Below are positions 20,515-30,182 of a stretch of DNA of 64,000 nucleotides, piece after piece. The notes beneath the pieces are model-generated. The model searched no databases and had not been told where the DNA came from. It saw only the letters and a list, made by a program, of their open reading frames with translations. The position numbers and the translations under genes were made by a program. The stretch is from Candidatus Multivoradales bacterium (lineage in GTDB: Bacteria; Acidobacteriota; Thermoanaerobaculia; Multivoradales; Multivoraceae), in NCBI GenBank assembly GCA_965223325.1, contig CBDCWI010000002.1, positions 4,288,001 through 4,352,000 of the forward strand. The letters run 5' to 3'. Each line of letters starts with the position of its first letter. Position 1 is the stretch's first letter.

Positions 20515-21522
20515 ATGACCACGCAGAGTGCCGGGAACACACTTCTCGTGGCAGACATCGGAGGGACGCACGCCCGTTTCGCCGTGGTCGATCGAGCGGC
20601 TGAGCTGAAGGCCCAGTGGGAGACGCTGTGCTCTCTTCACTCCTCGGTGGTCGAAGCGATTCGGAGCTATTTCCACCACACCGAGGTCGCTCCTCCGCGC
20701 CGTGCCCGGATCGCTGTTGCCAGCCCGGTGACCGGTGACGATGTTCAGATGACCAATCACGACTGGCGTTTCTCGATCGAAACCGTGCGTGACGAGCTCG
20801 GTTTCGGGTCTTTAGACGTCGTAAATGACTTCATCGCGTTGGCCTACGCTCTGCCTCGACTGTCTGAGGAGCACCAGCAGACGATCCGCGCCGGGCATTT
20901 GAATCCGACCGCGGCCCTGGGCGTGATCGGCCCGGGCACCGGCCTCGGTGTGTCGGGCCTGGTCCCAACCCCGGACGGATGGGTGGCCTTCGCGAGCGAG
21001 GGCGGACATCGAGACCTTGCGGCGAGCAATGAGCGGGAGTGGGCAATTCTTCAGGTCCTGAAGAAGCGCTTTGGCCACGTGTCGGCGGAGCGTGTCCTTT
21101 CAGGTCCGGGTCTCGTGCATCTCTATCAAGCGATCTGCGTACTCGAAGATAGAGAGCCGTCATTCGAGCAAGCAGCCGAGATCGTTTCAATCACTCGTTC
21201 AGGCGACTGTGACCTCGCCGCCGAGACTCTCTCCGTGTTCTCGCGCCAACTTGGTGCGATTGCCGGCGACCTGGCTCTCACACTTGGAGCACGAGGAGGG
21301 ATCTTTCTCGCGGGCGGCATGTTGCCAAGGATGCGAGATGCGTTCGACGCGGGGCTGTTCTCTGATGCGTTTGTAGAAAAGGGCCGCTTTCGCGCCTATC
21401 TAGAAGAGATCCCGGTGCAGTTGGTTCTGGACCCGCACGCTACGCTCTCTGGCGCAGCACTCATGTCTGACACGAATGGAATCGCAAGCCGGTCCGTCTC
21501 CTCCCTCAGGAGCAACAGTTGA
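20515..21522 (+). CDS. glk: Glucokinase
   Basis: Motifs LVADIGGTHARF, MTNHDW, NDFIALAY, GPGTGLG, SEGGH and SAERVLSGPGL. Confidence 0.93.
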   Translation: MTTQSAGNTLLVADIGGTHARFAVVDRAAELKAQWETLCSLHSSVVEAIRSYFHHTEVAPPRRARIAVASPVTGDDVQMTNHDWRFSIETVRDELGFGSLDVVNDFIALAYALPRLSEEHQQTIRAGHLNPTAALGVIGPGTGLGVSGLVPTPDGWVAFASEGGHRDLAASNEREWAILQVLKKRFGHVSAERVLSGPGLVHLYQAICVLEDREPSFEQAAEIVSITRSGDCDLAAETLSVFSRQLGAIAGDLALTLGARGGIFLAGGMLPRMRDAFDAGLFSDAFVEKGRFRAYLEEIPVQLVLDPHATLSGAALMSDTNGIASRSVSSLRSNS

Positions 21523-21553
21523 CCTCGGGCGCTGAGAGTCGGTTCTCTGACCC

Positions 21554-22609
21554 TTAGCGTCTATCTGTCCGAACCGGTCCACTCGAATCACGTACCACAA
21601 GAACGGGCTCGACCATCAGCGTGCTGCCGGGGTCTTTTCCTCTGACTCGCTCAAGGAGCGCGCTTGCGGCTAGCTCACCTATCTCTCGGAGAGGCTGGCG
21701 GATCGTTGTCAAACTTGGGTTCTGAAACGGCGCACTCTGAATATCATCGAAACCCACAACCGAAACGTCGTTGGGAACCGACAGACCCGCATCCAGGAAG
21801 GCGCGAATCGCACCGATCGCAGAAACATCGTTGAACGCGAACAGCGCTGTGAAACCCGGACTCTCGCTGAGAAGCTCCTGGGCAATCTCGAAACCGCGGC
21901 GGTAGCGATGCTCACGCGAAAAGTGAGTTTGCGGGGCAGGATCGTCGCCAATCTGCTTCACCCATTCGGGCCGAATCTCAATTCCCAGGCCCGGCGCAAC
22001 CTCTGAGATTGCTCTCCAGCGATCCGCGGTGTCGGCGTTGCGGGGGTGGCCTCGCAAGAAGGCGATCTCTTGGTGCCCTAGATCGCGGAGATGCCCAAGG
22101 GCCAGATGTGCGGCGCGATCGTGATCAACGACCACGTTCGTTGTATCTGGAACCTCGCGATGCCCCGCGACAACGACCGCCGGTAGTCCCGGAGACTCTT
22201 CGAGGCTCGTCGCGATCAGGAGCATCCCATCAACGGAGCGGTCTCTCAGACGATTGAGGTTCTCGGCAAGCAGCGACGACTGCCAGCGGTGACTCGCGGC
22301 CAGGTAGAAGTAGCCACGCTCGGTCAGGAATCGCTCGGCCCCGCACATCACGCCGGCCGCATAGTCCTCGCCGATATTCGGGACGAGAACGCCGATCGAG
22401 TGGCTTCGCCGGCGGCGAAGCGACCGAGCCAACAGATCGGGCCGATATCCGAGCTCGTCAACGGCCGCGAGCACGCGCTTCTTGGTGCGCTCCGGAATGG
22501 ACTGCGCTCCTGGAGAACGATTGATGACCATCGAGACCGTCGCGGACGACAGCCCGAGATGGGCCGCGACGTCCTTGAGAGTGACTCTGTTTTTCGGAGC
22601 GCCCGGCAC
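21554..22609 (-). CDS. LacI-family transcriptional regulator
   Basis: HTH VTLKDVAAHLGLSSATVSMVIN, hinge LGYRPDLLARSL, TALFAFND and VSVVGFDD...PSLTTIRQP. Confidence 0.95.
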   Translation of the reverse strand: MPGAPKNRVTLKDVAAHLGLSSATVSMVINRSPGAQSIPERTKKRVLAAVDELGYRPDLLARSLRRRRSHSIGVLVPNIGEDYAAGVMCGAERFLTERGYFYLAASHRWQSSLLAENLNRLRDRSVDGMLLIATSLEESPGLPAVVVAGHREVPDTTNVVVDHDRAAHLALGHLRDLGHQEIAFLRGHPRNADTADRWRAISEVAPGLGIEIRPEWVKQIGDDPAPQTHFSREHRYRRGFEIAQELLSESPGFTALFAFNDVSAIGAIRAFLDAGLSVPNDVSVVGFDDIQSAPFQNPSLTTIRQPLREIGELAASALLERVRGKDPGSTLMVEPVLVVRDSSGPVRTDRR

Positions 22610-22812
22610 CTCTTCAGTCTCGCACGGCGCAGGTCAGGCTGCAAGGAAGCGCTCGATCTTGTGAAGCTTCTCGATGACCTCGGTGGGCGTATCGCGAATA
22701 CCCCGATGAGCCGTGGCGTGCAATCAACCTTTCTTCGTTTGGGAGTGGCCACGGGCCTTGGAACACGACGGGGTTGGGTTCCGTGAGTCCTCTGGTGCCT
22801 GTGTTGAAGTCG

Positions 22813-25494
22813 CTACTCTGTACGCAACACGCGCAAGGGGTCGATTGCCACCGCCCTTCGTGCCGGCAGATACGCCGCCAGGACGGCGACCGCGATGAGA
22901 ACCGCAGTGATCGTGCCGTAGACCAGGAGATCGAAACTCCCCACACCGTAGAGGAAGCGGGACAGGCCGCGCGCCGCGAGGAGCGCTACGGCGATCCCGA
23001 GGGAGAGGCCGAGAATCGCCATCGTGAGACCGGACTGGATGACCAGGCGTAGGACGTCGGTTGGACGCGCGCCGAGGCTCATGCGCAGCCCGATCTCGGG
23101 CGTGCGCGCGGTGACCATTTGAGCAAGTACGCCGTAGATTCCAACCGCGGTCAGAAACAACCCCACCAGGCCGAGCGCGGCGGCGACTGAACCGGCGATG
23201 CGCTGGGGGAGGAGCGAGACTGCCAGGGATTCTTCGAGCGGTGCGAGGTCCTGGAGCGGCAGAGTGGGGGCGAGTCTTTGCAGGCGGGCTCGTAGCTCGG
23301 CACCCAGACCGCCGCGGCCGGGCTCGGTGCGCACCAGCAGACTGGCGCGGGTGAGTTCGACCTGGCCGGTTGGCAGGTAGAGAAACGGCATCGGTTGCTC
23401 GTCGAGGGTGCGATAGAGCGAGTCGCTGACAACGCCGATCACCAGGGCGTCGGTGTCGTCGAGGCGCAGGATGGAGCCGACCATCGGACGGTCGCCACCG
23501 AACCGCGAAGCGAAGGTCTCGTTGACCAGCGCCACGCCGCGAGCGTTCTCCCTGCCTTCCATGTTCTCCTCGGCGAGTGCTGGCTGCGTGTCCTGGGTCT
23601 CGAAGTCGCGACCGCGCAAGAGTGGGATCTGTAACACCTCGAGGTAACCGGGTGAGATCACCTGGTGCTCGATCTGGAAGGCTTTCTTCCCCGGCGGCGG
23701 ATCAACTCCCGGAACTTCGACCCCTATCGTGTTGGGAAAGAAGCGCGCGCCGAGACTGAGCGGCACGTTGCCCGCCAGGGCCGCACTTTGAACGCCAGGC
23801 ATCGCACGTGCGGACTGCAGGGCTTCGCCGAGGAGCGCCGTGGCGGCCGCCGGTGACATTCCAGTCAGGGTCGGGCTGAGTCTCACCGCCTCGACCTGCT
23901 GCGGATTGAAGCCGGGGTCGAGCGCTGCTGCGACCTGGAAGGCGCGAAGAAACAAACCAGCGGTCACCAGAATGACGACCGAGAGGGCGACCTGCGCAAT
24001 CACCAGGAGCGAGCGGGTGCGCTTCGAACCCGACGCCGCACCGGCCCCACGGACCGAGTTGCTGAGACTGGCGCGCGAGGCGCGTAGTGCTGGCAGGAGC
24101 CCAAAGATGCTGGCCGCTATGGTCGAGATGAGAACTGCCCCGAGGAGGGTGCGCCAATCGAGGCGGACGTCGACCGACACCCCGCCGAGGGCAGGAACAG
24201 AGCGGCTGGCGAGAAGCGCGACACCGTAGGCAATCCAACCACCGATGACGCCGCCGGCGATCGCCAGGATGGCGCTTTCTGTGAGCTGCAATCTCGCCAG
24301 ACGGCTGCGTGGGGCGCCTAGCGCGGCGCGCAGCTCGAGTTCTTGTCGCCGTCGCACCAGGCGCCCGAGCATCAGGTTGGCGACGTTGACGCAGCCGATC
24401 AGCAAGACAAACCCCGAGACTCCGGCGAGGATGGCCAGAAACGCGGCCAGGCCGCCACGAATGTCGGCGTCATGGCCGTCGGTCCGTTCGGGGCTGATGG
24501 CGAGACCATTGAGTTCTTTCGGATAGGCCCCCTCGAGTCGCTGGGCCTCGATGGCCAGGGCGGCGCGTGCCTGCTCGAGGCTCGAGCCAACGGCGTGGGC
24601 GCCGACCATCTCGACCCAGTTGGCAGAACGGTCTTGTCGGTCGGGTAGGCCGGCACGGGCTCCCATGCCGATCGAAATGAAGGCGTCGAAATTGAATCCG
24701 ATGAAGTGGCCACGGAACCGCGGTCCAGAGACTCCGACGATGGTATAGGGCTGCCCGTTGAACACCAGAGTGCTTCCAACAGTGTCTCGCCGGGCGCCGT
24801 AGCGTTCGCTCCACAGGTGGTGGCTGATCACAGCCACTGGCTCGCCGGTTTCTTCGTCTTCGCGGGTCAGCAATCGGCCGAGGGTTGGTTGCACGCCGAG
24901 GAGAGAGAAGTAGTTGTCGGTCACTGCCTGCACGCCAAGCAGCTCGGGCGTGGCCTCGCGGTTCTGCTGCCAGCTCATGCGGATTCCAGAGAAGCCCGCG
25001 ACGCCCTCGATGGCGCCGCTGTCACGCAGTTGCGTGTAGATAGGAAACGAGGTGAGCGAGAAGGTCTCCTCGTCGGCGAGCGCAAGCTTGACGTTGAGGA
25101 GCCGGTCTCCATTCTCGATCCCGGGGATGCCGCGGCCGAACGTGGCGTCGAAGATCGCCAGCACGCTGGTGGTGGCGCCGATGCCGATGGCGAGCGATAG
25201 CACTGCAATGAGAGAAAAGAGGGGGCGCTTGGCGAGCGTGCGTATGGAGTAGCGCACGTCCTGTCCAATGTCAGCTAGCAGTTCGCGGGGTACGGTCACG
25301 AGAAGTTCTCCGAGAGTTCGAAGCCAGAAAGAAAGGCGCTCGTGCGCTCCAGCGTTCTCGACCTGTTGCCAGTCGAGGGCGATGTTGAGTTCGAGTTCTT
25401 CGCCGAAGCGGTTTCTGAAGCGTCTTGGCAGGAGGAGCAGCCAGAGCCGCGCCAGAGCGGGCGGCGAAGGCGGCGATCGGTCGCGCTCCTTCAT
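22813..25494 (-). CDS. ADOP-family duplicated (MacB/FtsX-like) permease
   Basis: Motifs QDVRYSIRTL, LAIGIGATT, LLIGCVNVANLML, LVIAQVALS and PARRAVAIDPLRVLRTE. Translationally coupled to padR. Confidence 0.93.
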   Translation of the reverse strand: MKERDRSPPSPPALARLWLLLLPRRFRNRFGEELELNIALDWQQVENAGAHERLSFWLRTLGELLVTVPRELLADIGQDVRYSIRTLAKRPLFSLIAVLSLAIGIGATTSVLAIFDATFGRGIPGIENGDRLLNVKLALADEETFSLTSFPIYTQLRDSGAIEGVAGFSGIRMSWQQNREATPELLGVQAVTDNYFSLLGVQPTLGRLLTREDEETGEPVAVISHHLWSERYGARRDTVGSTLVFNGQPYTIVGVSGPRFRGHFIGFNFDAFISIGMGARAGLPDRQDRSANWVEMVGAHAVGSSLEQARAALAIEAQRLEGAYPKELNGLAISPERTDGHDADIRGGLAAFLAILAGVSGFVLLIGCVNVANLMLGRLVRRRQELELRAALGAPRSRLARLQLTESAILAIAGGVIGGWIAYGVALLASRSVPALGGVSVDVRLDWRTLLGAVLISTIAASIFGLLPALRASRASLSNSVRGAGAASGSKRTRSLLVIAQVALSVVILVTAGLFLRAFQVAAALDPGFNPQQVEAVRLSPTLTGMSPAAATALLGEALQSARAMPGVQSAALAGNVPLSLGARFFPNTIGVEVPGVDPPPGKKAFQIEHQVISPGYLEVLQIPLLRGRDFETQDTQPALAEENMEGRENARGVALVNETFASRFGGDRPMVGSILRLDDTDALVIGVVSDSLYRTLDEQPMPFLYLPTGQVELTRASLLVRTEPGRGGLGAELRARLQRLAPTLPLQDLAPLEESLAVSLLPQRIAGSVAAALGLVGLFLTAVGIYGVLAQMVTARTPEIGLRMSLGARPTDVLRLVIQSGLTMAILGLSLGIAVALLAARGLSRFLYGVGSFDLLVYGTITAVLIAVAVLAAYLPARRAVAIDPLRVLRTE

Positions 25495-25850
25495 GCCGGC
25501 GCGGGGTCGGGGAGGTCGCGCGCGAGTTCTAGCGCACGCTCCATGCGCTCGGCCTCAGCGCGCATCACCGCATGGCCGAGAGCGGTGAGCCGGTAGTAGC
25601 GCCGACGTTCGTCGTCCCAGCGCTCGGGTGGGCGTTCGTCGGACTCGGCGATCAGCTCCTGATCGAGCAAGCGACGGATCAAGCCGTAGAGGGTTCCGGT
25701 ACCGAGGCGGATGCGCCCGTCAGTCAGCCGATCGATCTCCTTGCGTACGGCCCAGCCGTGTTTGTTCTCGCGGGCGAGTGACATCAGGACATGGAATGCC
25801 GGTGGGGTTAGAGGAAGGAAAGAGTCGGGAGGTGGCTGGTGGGGTGACAT
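25491..25850 (-). CDS. PadR-family transcriptional regulator
   Basis: LPLTPPAFHVLMSL...HGWAV...LGTGTLYGLIRRL...RRRYYRLTALG. Start at ATG 25850, not 26177. Confidence 0.92.
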   Translation of the reverse strand: MSPHQPPPDSFLPLTPPAFHVLMSLARENKHGWAVRKEIDRLTDGRIRLGTGTLYGLIRRLLDQELIAESDERPPERWDDERRRYYRLTALGHAVMRAEAERMERALELARDLPDPAPA

Positions 25851-25920
25851 CTGTGCCTCTGTAGCTCGTGTGCCTCTGTCGCTCGGCCTGGAAAGTGAGA
25901 GTCTCGCTCTGGGTGAGGTA

Positions 25921-25965
25921 ATGCGTCGTGGCGCGACTATATACAGCGCAAAGTGGAAACGGCAA
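25921..25965 (-). promoter_or_regulatory. Putative padR promoter with a possible PadR operator
   Basis: Minus strand TTGCCG-18bp-TATAGT, overlapped by a GTCG-N5-CGAC dyad at 25925-25937. Confidence 0.4.
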
Positions 25966-26076
25966 GTCGCTGGCGGGTTCGCCAGCTTGATTGCGTTCCC
26001 TCCAATGAAGCGGCCGACAGTCTGGTCGTGAATTCCTGGGACGAACCCCACAACTGAACGCAGAGGCCAGAGCATC

Positions 26077-27231
26077 ATGACCACCATCGATCTACAGACA
26101 ATCACCAGGTCTCTCCTACCCGACTTCGCCGCCCGCGCCGCCGCGGCTGACCTCTCGGGTGAGTTCGTAAGCGCCAACTACGCCGATCTGAAAAAGGCGC
26201 GCGTGTTCTCGGCGCTCGTACCAGTCGAGCTCGGCGGTGGTGGGGCGACGCATGGTCAGGTCGCAGATTTCATTCGCTCCGTTGGTCAAACCTGCGGCTC
26301 GACGGCCCTGGCGCTGGCGATGCATCAGCACCTGGTTGCGGCAGCGGTCTACAAGCACCGGCGCGGGTTGCCTGGCAAGGCCTTGCTCGAGAAGGTCGCC
26401 GGCACGCAGGCGGTTCTGGTGAGCACCGGTGCCAAGGACTGGCTCGAGTCGAACGGCGAGATGACCCGTGTCGAGGGTGGCTATCGGGTCACGGCGCGCA
26501 AACCGTTTGCGAGTGGGTCGCCCGCGGGTGCGCTGTTTGTGACCTCAGCGCGCTTCCAGGACCCGGTGACGGGGCCGCATGTCCTGCACTTCGGGGTTCC
26601 CCGATCGGCTCCTGGTGTGCGGGTCGAGGAGGACTGGGACACGATGGGAATGCGCGCTACGGGCTCGAACACCGTAACGTTCGAGAACGTCTTCGTGCCA
26701 GACGACGCGATCGCTCTGGCGCGGCCGGCTGGCGCCTACCATCCGGCCTGGAACGTCGTGCTGACGGTCGCGATGCCGCTGATCATTGCGGCCTACGTCG
26801 GAGTGGCCGAAGCCGCTGCCGAGCGAAGTCTCGAGCTCGCACAGAAAAGGGCTGCCGACCAGGATGTTCAGATGTCAGTGGGGGAGATGATCAACGAGTT
26901 GCGTACCGCCCAACTCGCGCTTCGCGACATGATCGCTCTTTGCAACGACTTCGAGACCAACACAACGACCGAAATCACAGCCGAGATCCTGGCGCGAAAG
27001 ACAATCGCGGCGAGAGCCATCGAGAACACGGTCGATCTAGCGCTCGATGTCGCCGGTGGCTTCGGATTCCACCGTGCTTCGGGAATCGAACGACTGGTGC
27101 GTGACGCCCATGGAGTACGCTTTCACCCACTGACCGCGAAGCGGCAGCAGACCTTCACGGGTCGCGTCACCATGGGCCTCGACCCGATTGCCGACCCCGC
27201 CGTGCGGCCGGCGCGCATCGAAGCGGCCTAG
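26077..27231 (+). CDS. Acyl-CoA dehydrogenase-family flavoprotein
   Basis: Motifs VPVELGGGG, CGSTALALAMH, RKPFASGS, DWDTMGMRATGS and IERLVRD. Substrate unknown. Confidence 0.9.
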   Translation: MTTIDLQTITRSLLPDFAARAAAADLSGEFVSANYADLKKARVFSALVPVELGGGGATHGQVADFIRSVGQTCGSTALALAMHQHLVAAAVYKHRRGLPGKALLEKVAGTQAVLVSTGAKDWLESNGEMTRVEGGYRVTARKPFASGSPAGALFVTSARFQDPVTGPHVLHFGVPRSAPGVRVEEDWDTMGMRATGSNTVTFENVFVPDDAIALARPAGAYHPAWNVVLTVAMPLIIAAYVGVAEAAAERSLELAQKRAADQDVQMSVGEMINELRTAQLALRDMIALCNDFETNTTTEITAEILARKTIAARAIENTVDLALDVAGGFGFHRASGIERLVRDAHGVRFHPLTAKRQQTFTGRVTMGLDPIADPAVRPARIEAA

Positions 27232-27252
27232 CCCGAACCACAGGCACCTGCG

Positions 27253-27292
27253 AAAGGTCACGGTGCGCTGTAGCATCGAGACCGTGACCTTT
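27253..27292 (+). terminator. 12-bp inverted repeat after the acyl-CoA dehydrogenase gene
   Basis: AAAGGTCACGGT-N16-ACCGTGACCTTT. The loop contains TAGCAT and the right arm contains the GTG of the next gene. Confidence 0.5.
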
Positions 27293-30163
27293 TCGTGCAA
27301 CCGCTACGGCCTGCCTGTCCTAAGCGTTGTTCTCGGTGCACTTGTGACCTCGCTGGCCGCCGCTCCAGGTGCGCAGCCGACTGCGCCTTCAGATGCTTCC
27401 TCGGCGTCGTTCGAGGAGGTGGCAAGGCAGATCAGGGTCGACTTCGAACACGACGCTGGCGCCCGTGGCGAGCTCTTGTTCCCCGAGATCATGGGCGCTG
27501 GCGTGGCCCTGTTCGACTACGACGGTGACCGGGATCTCGATCTCTTCTTCGTTCAGGGCGGGCCCCTCCGGGGCACACCCGTCGTGGGTGGCGACCGGCT
27601 CTTGCGCAACGACCTGGTGGTCGACAAAGACGGTGAGGCCACGTTGCGCTTTGTCGACGTCACGACCGAGAGTGGAGTGCGAAGTATCGGGCATGGCATC
27701 GGGGTCGCGGTCGGCGATGTCGACGGAGACGGTTGGCCGGACATTTTCACCACCCGCTACGGCCCCGATCAGTTGTGGCGCAACAACGGTGACGGAACCT
27801 TCGTGGATCAGAGTGCAGCGGCTGGAGTTTCCGGCGATGGTTCGTGGAGCTCGGGAGCGGCCTTCGTTGATTTCGATCGCGACGGTGATCTCGACCTTTT
27901 CGTCAATCGATATGTCGACTACCAACTGGCCAATCCGCCGCGCTGTGTCACCGATCGGGCAGAGCGCGACTACTGCGGACCGACCGCCGTGCCGCCGCTC
28001 TCGGATCGTCTGTTCGAGAACCGGGGCAACGGCACCTTCAAAGACGTTTCGCTAGCTGCGGGGATCGCCGCATTGTCTGGTGCCGGGCTGGGCGTGATCG
28101 CTCTTGACTTCGACGCCGACGGTTGGCTCGACTTCGTGGTCTCGAACGACCAGATGGACAACTACGCGTTCCGCAATCGTGGCGACGGCTCCTTCGAGGA
28201 CGAGGCGCTGTGGCGAGGTTTAGCGGTCAACGGTCGTGGTCGCGCAGAGGCCAGTATGGGAATCGCCGTCGGTGACGTCGACCAGGACGGCCGCTTCGAT
28301 CTCCTGATGAGTCACCTGAAGGGTGAGACCCATACGCTCTACCGCAACGACGGCGAGACATTTAGCGACGAGACCGATCGTCGCGGTCTTGCGTCTCCGA
28401 GCCTCGCGTTGACGGGTTTCGGGGTTGCGTTTGTCGATGTCGACAGCGATCGCGACCTCGACCTGGTGGCGACGCATGGCGCGGTGCGGAGGCTCGAGGT
28501 GAATGAGGCAGGCAGTGGCTCACACTTCGCCCAGCCCGACTTCGTGTTGACGAACGACGGTCGTGGCCACTTCGTTTCCGCCCCCGATGCTCTCGCCTCA
28601 GACAGTGGTCCGCACGCCGGCAGAGGGTTGGCGGTCGGCGATCTCGACCAGGATGGCGATCCTGACGTCGTCATCAGCAACAATGACGGTCCGGCAGAGG
28701 TCTATCTCAACCGTGCTGAGGCGCCGCACTGGATCGGCATCGAGCTGCGCGCCCCCGGGGCCTATCGCGAGGCAGCGGTGGTGACTGCCCACGGCGAGGG
28801 GTTCCGGTTGAAGAGTCGTTCGGCGCGTCACGGGAGCTTCGCCTCGGCGAGTGATCCGCGGGTGTTGTTCGGCCTCGGCGATGGCAAAGGTCCGGTCGCA
28901 ATTGATGTGCTCTGGACCGATGGGAAACGAGAGAGCTACGGACCGTTCGAGGCGGGGCGCTATCACCTGGTGGTGCGCGGAACGGGCGCACAGGGCGACG
29001 ACGCTTTTCCGGTGTCCGCCCGGGAGCGATCCTCGGTCGAGGTGACCCCTCAGCGTGACGGACCGGTTGTGCAAGACAGACCTATCGCTGAGACGACAAG
29101 CGTGTGGCCTGATCTGACGGCCACCGAACCCGAGGTGAGAGAGCTCCTCTTGGAGTGGCGCAGCCGTGTCGAAGCGCTGCCTGAAGACGAAGCGCCGGCA
29201 CTCCTTTCTCCGCGGGCAAAGAGAGAACGGGTCGCGGTCTTCGGCGAGGCGGGCCGCCGCTTCCTTGCTCATCGCTACTTCGAGACTGCCGCCTGGCTTC
29301 TCGAGCGCGCGGCTTCAATCGAGCGCGAAGAATCTGGCTGGTGGAACTTGCTCGCTCATGCTGCAAGTGGGAGTGGCGATCTCGATCGGGCGATCGAGGC
29401 CAATGCACGACTCCTCGAGATCGAGCCAGACAACGCGTCGGCGCTGGTTCGCGGCGCGCGCTGGGCGATCTCGCGTGGGACAGTCGCGCAAGATGATGCA
29501 TCGCGATGGTTGGAACGCGCGCTCGAGATCTCGAAGGGCTCGAAAGCGACCACGGCCGCGGCTGCGGCCGAGCTGGGGCGCCTTGCTCTCGAGTCCGGCG
29601 ATGCCGGCCGAGCCATCGCCCACTTCGAATCGGCACTGGCCGCGGTGCCCGAAGCCAACCGACTGCACTACGAACTCGCCGTTCTCTACCGTCGCGCCGG
29701 CAACCTCGAGCGCGCCCGCTGGCATTTGGCGCGGCGAGGAAGGGTTGGCGTGCGGGTGCCTGATCTCCAGGTCGACGCCCTCGGCGAGCTCGTCGTGGGT
29801 GCCGACGTGCCGGCGCTCGAGGCCCGTTCTGCGTTCGCCGCCGGCGACTCGCGAACGGCGGTGAACCTGTTCAACCGGGCGATCGAGGCTGATCCCACGC
29901 GGCTGGATCTACGCATCAACCTGGCGGCGGCGCTCGGACAACTCGGGGGCCCTGAGAATATCGAGCGGGCGCTACAGCAGCTCGACCTGGTCCTGGCGAC
30001 GCAACCCCAGAACCGCGGTGCGCTCATCAACCGGGCCTTTCTGCTCGAGGCGGCGGGTGAGCACGAGCGCGCATTGGCCGCCTACCAGGCAGCGCTAGCG
30101 GTTGCGCCCGGAGACTCCGAGCTCGAGCGGCGCCTCGAGGCGCTCGCGTCCTCCAACCGCTGA
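27284..30163 (+). CDS. CRTAC1 (FG-GAP plus ASPIC/UnbV)-TPR fusion protein
   Basis: Signal peptide, repeated DxDGDxDxD motifs and HGSFASASDPRVLFGLG, followed by a TPR region. In-frame GTG 27284 is preferred over 27188, which overlaps the upstream gene. Confidence 0.85.
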   Translation: MTFSCNRYGLPVLSVVLGALVTSLAAAPGAQPTAPSDASSASFEEVARQIRVDFEHDAGARGELLFPEIMGAGVALFDYDGDRDLDLFFVQGGPLRGTPVVGGDRLLRNDLVVDKDGEATLRFVDVTTESGVRSIGHGIGVAVGDVDGDGWPDIFTTRYGPDQLWRNNGDGTFVDQSAAAGVSGDGSWSSGAAFVDFDRDGDLDLFVNRYVDYQLANPPRCVTDRAERDYCGPTAVPPLSDRLFENRGNGTFKDVSLAAGIAALSGAGLGVIALDFDADGWLDFVVSNDQMDNYAFRNRGDGSFEDEALWRGLAVNGRGRAEASMGIAVGDVDQDGRFDLLMSHLKGETHTLYRNDGETFSDETDRRGLASPSLALTGFGVAFVDVDSDRDLDLVATHGAVRRLEVNEAGSGSHFAQPDFVLTNDGRGHFVSAPDALASDSGPHAGRGLAVGDLDQDGDPDVVISNNDGPAEVYLNRAEAPHWIGIELRAPGAYREAAVVTAHGEGFRLKSRSARHGSFASASDPRVLFGLGDGKGPVAIDVLWTDGKRESYGPFEAGRYHLVVRGTGAQGDDAFPVSARERSSVEVTPQRDGPVVQDRPIAETTSVWPDLTATEPEVRELLLEWRSRVEALPEDEAPALLSPRAKRERVAVFGEAGRRFLAHRYFETAAWLLERAASIEREESGWWNLLAHAASGSGDLDRAIEANARLLEIEPDNASALVRGARWAISRGTVAQDDASRWLERALEISKGSKATTAAAAAELGRLALESGDAGRAIAHFESALAAVPEANRLHYELAVLYRRAGNLERARWHLARRGRVGVRVPDLQVDALGELVVGADVPALEARSAFAAGDSRTAVNLFNRAIEADPTRLDLRINLAAALGQLGGPENIERALQQLDLVLATQPQNRGALINRAFLLEAAGEHERALAAYQAALAVAPGDSELERRLEALASSNR

Positions 30164-30182
30164 GGCGGGCGCTGGCGGTCGA

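Noticed and set aside
25851-26177. Long N-terminal extension of PadR
   Set aside because: It overlaps the divergent acyl-CoA dehydrogenase gene and the predicted promoter. The PadR fold starts near ATG 25850.
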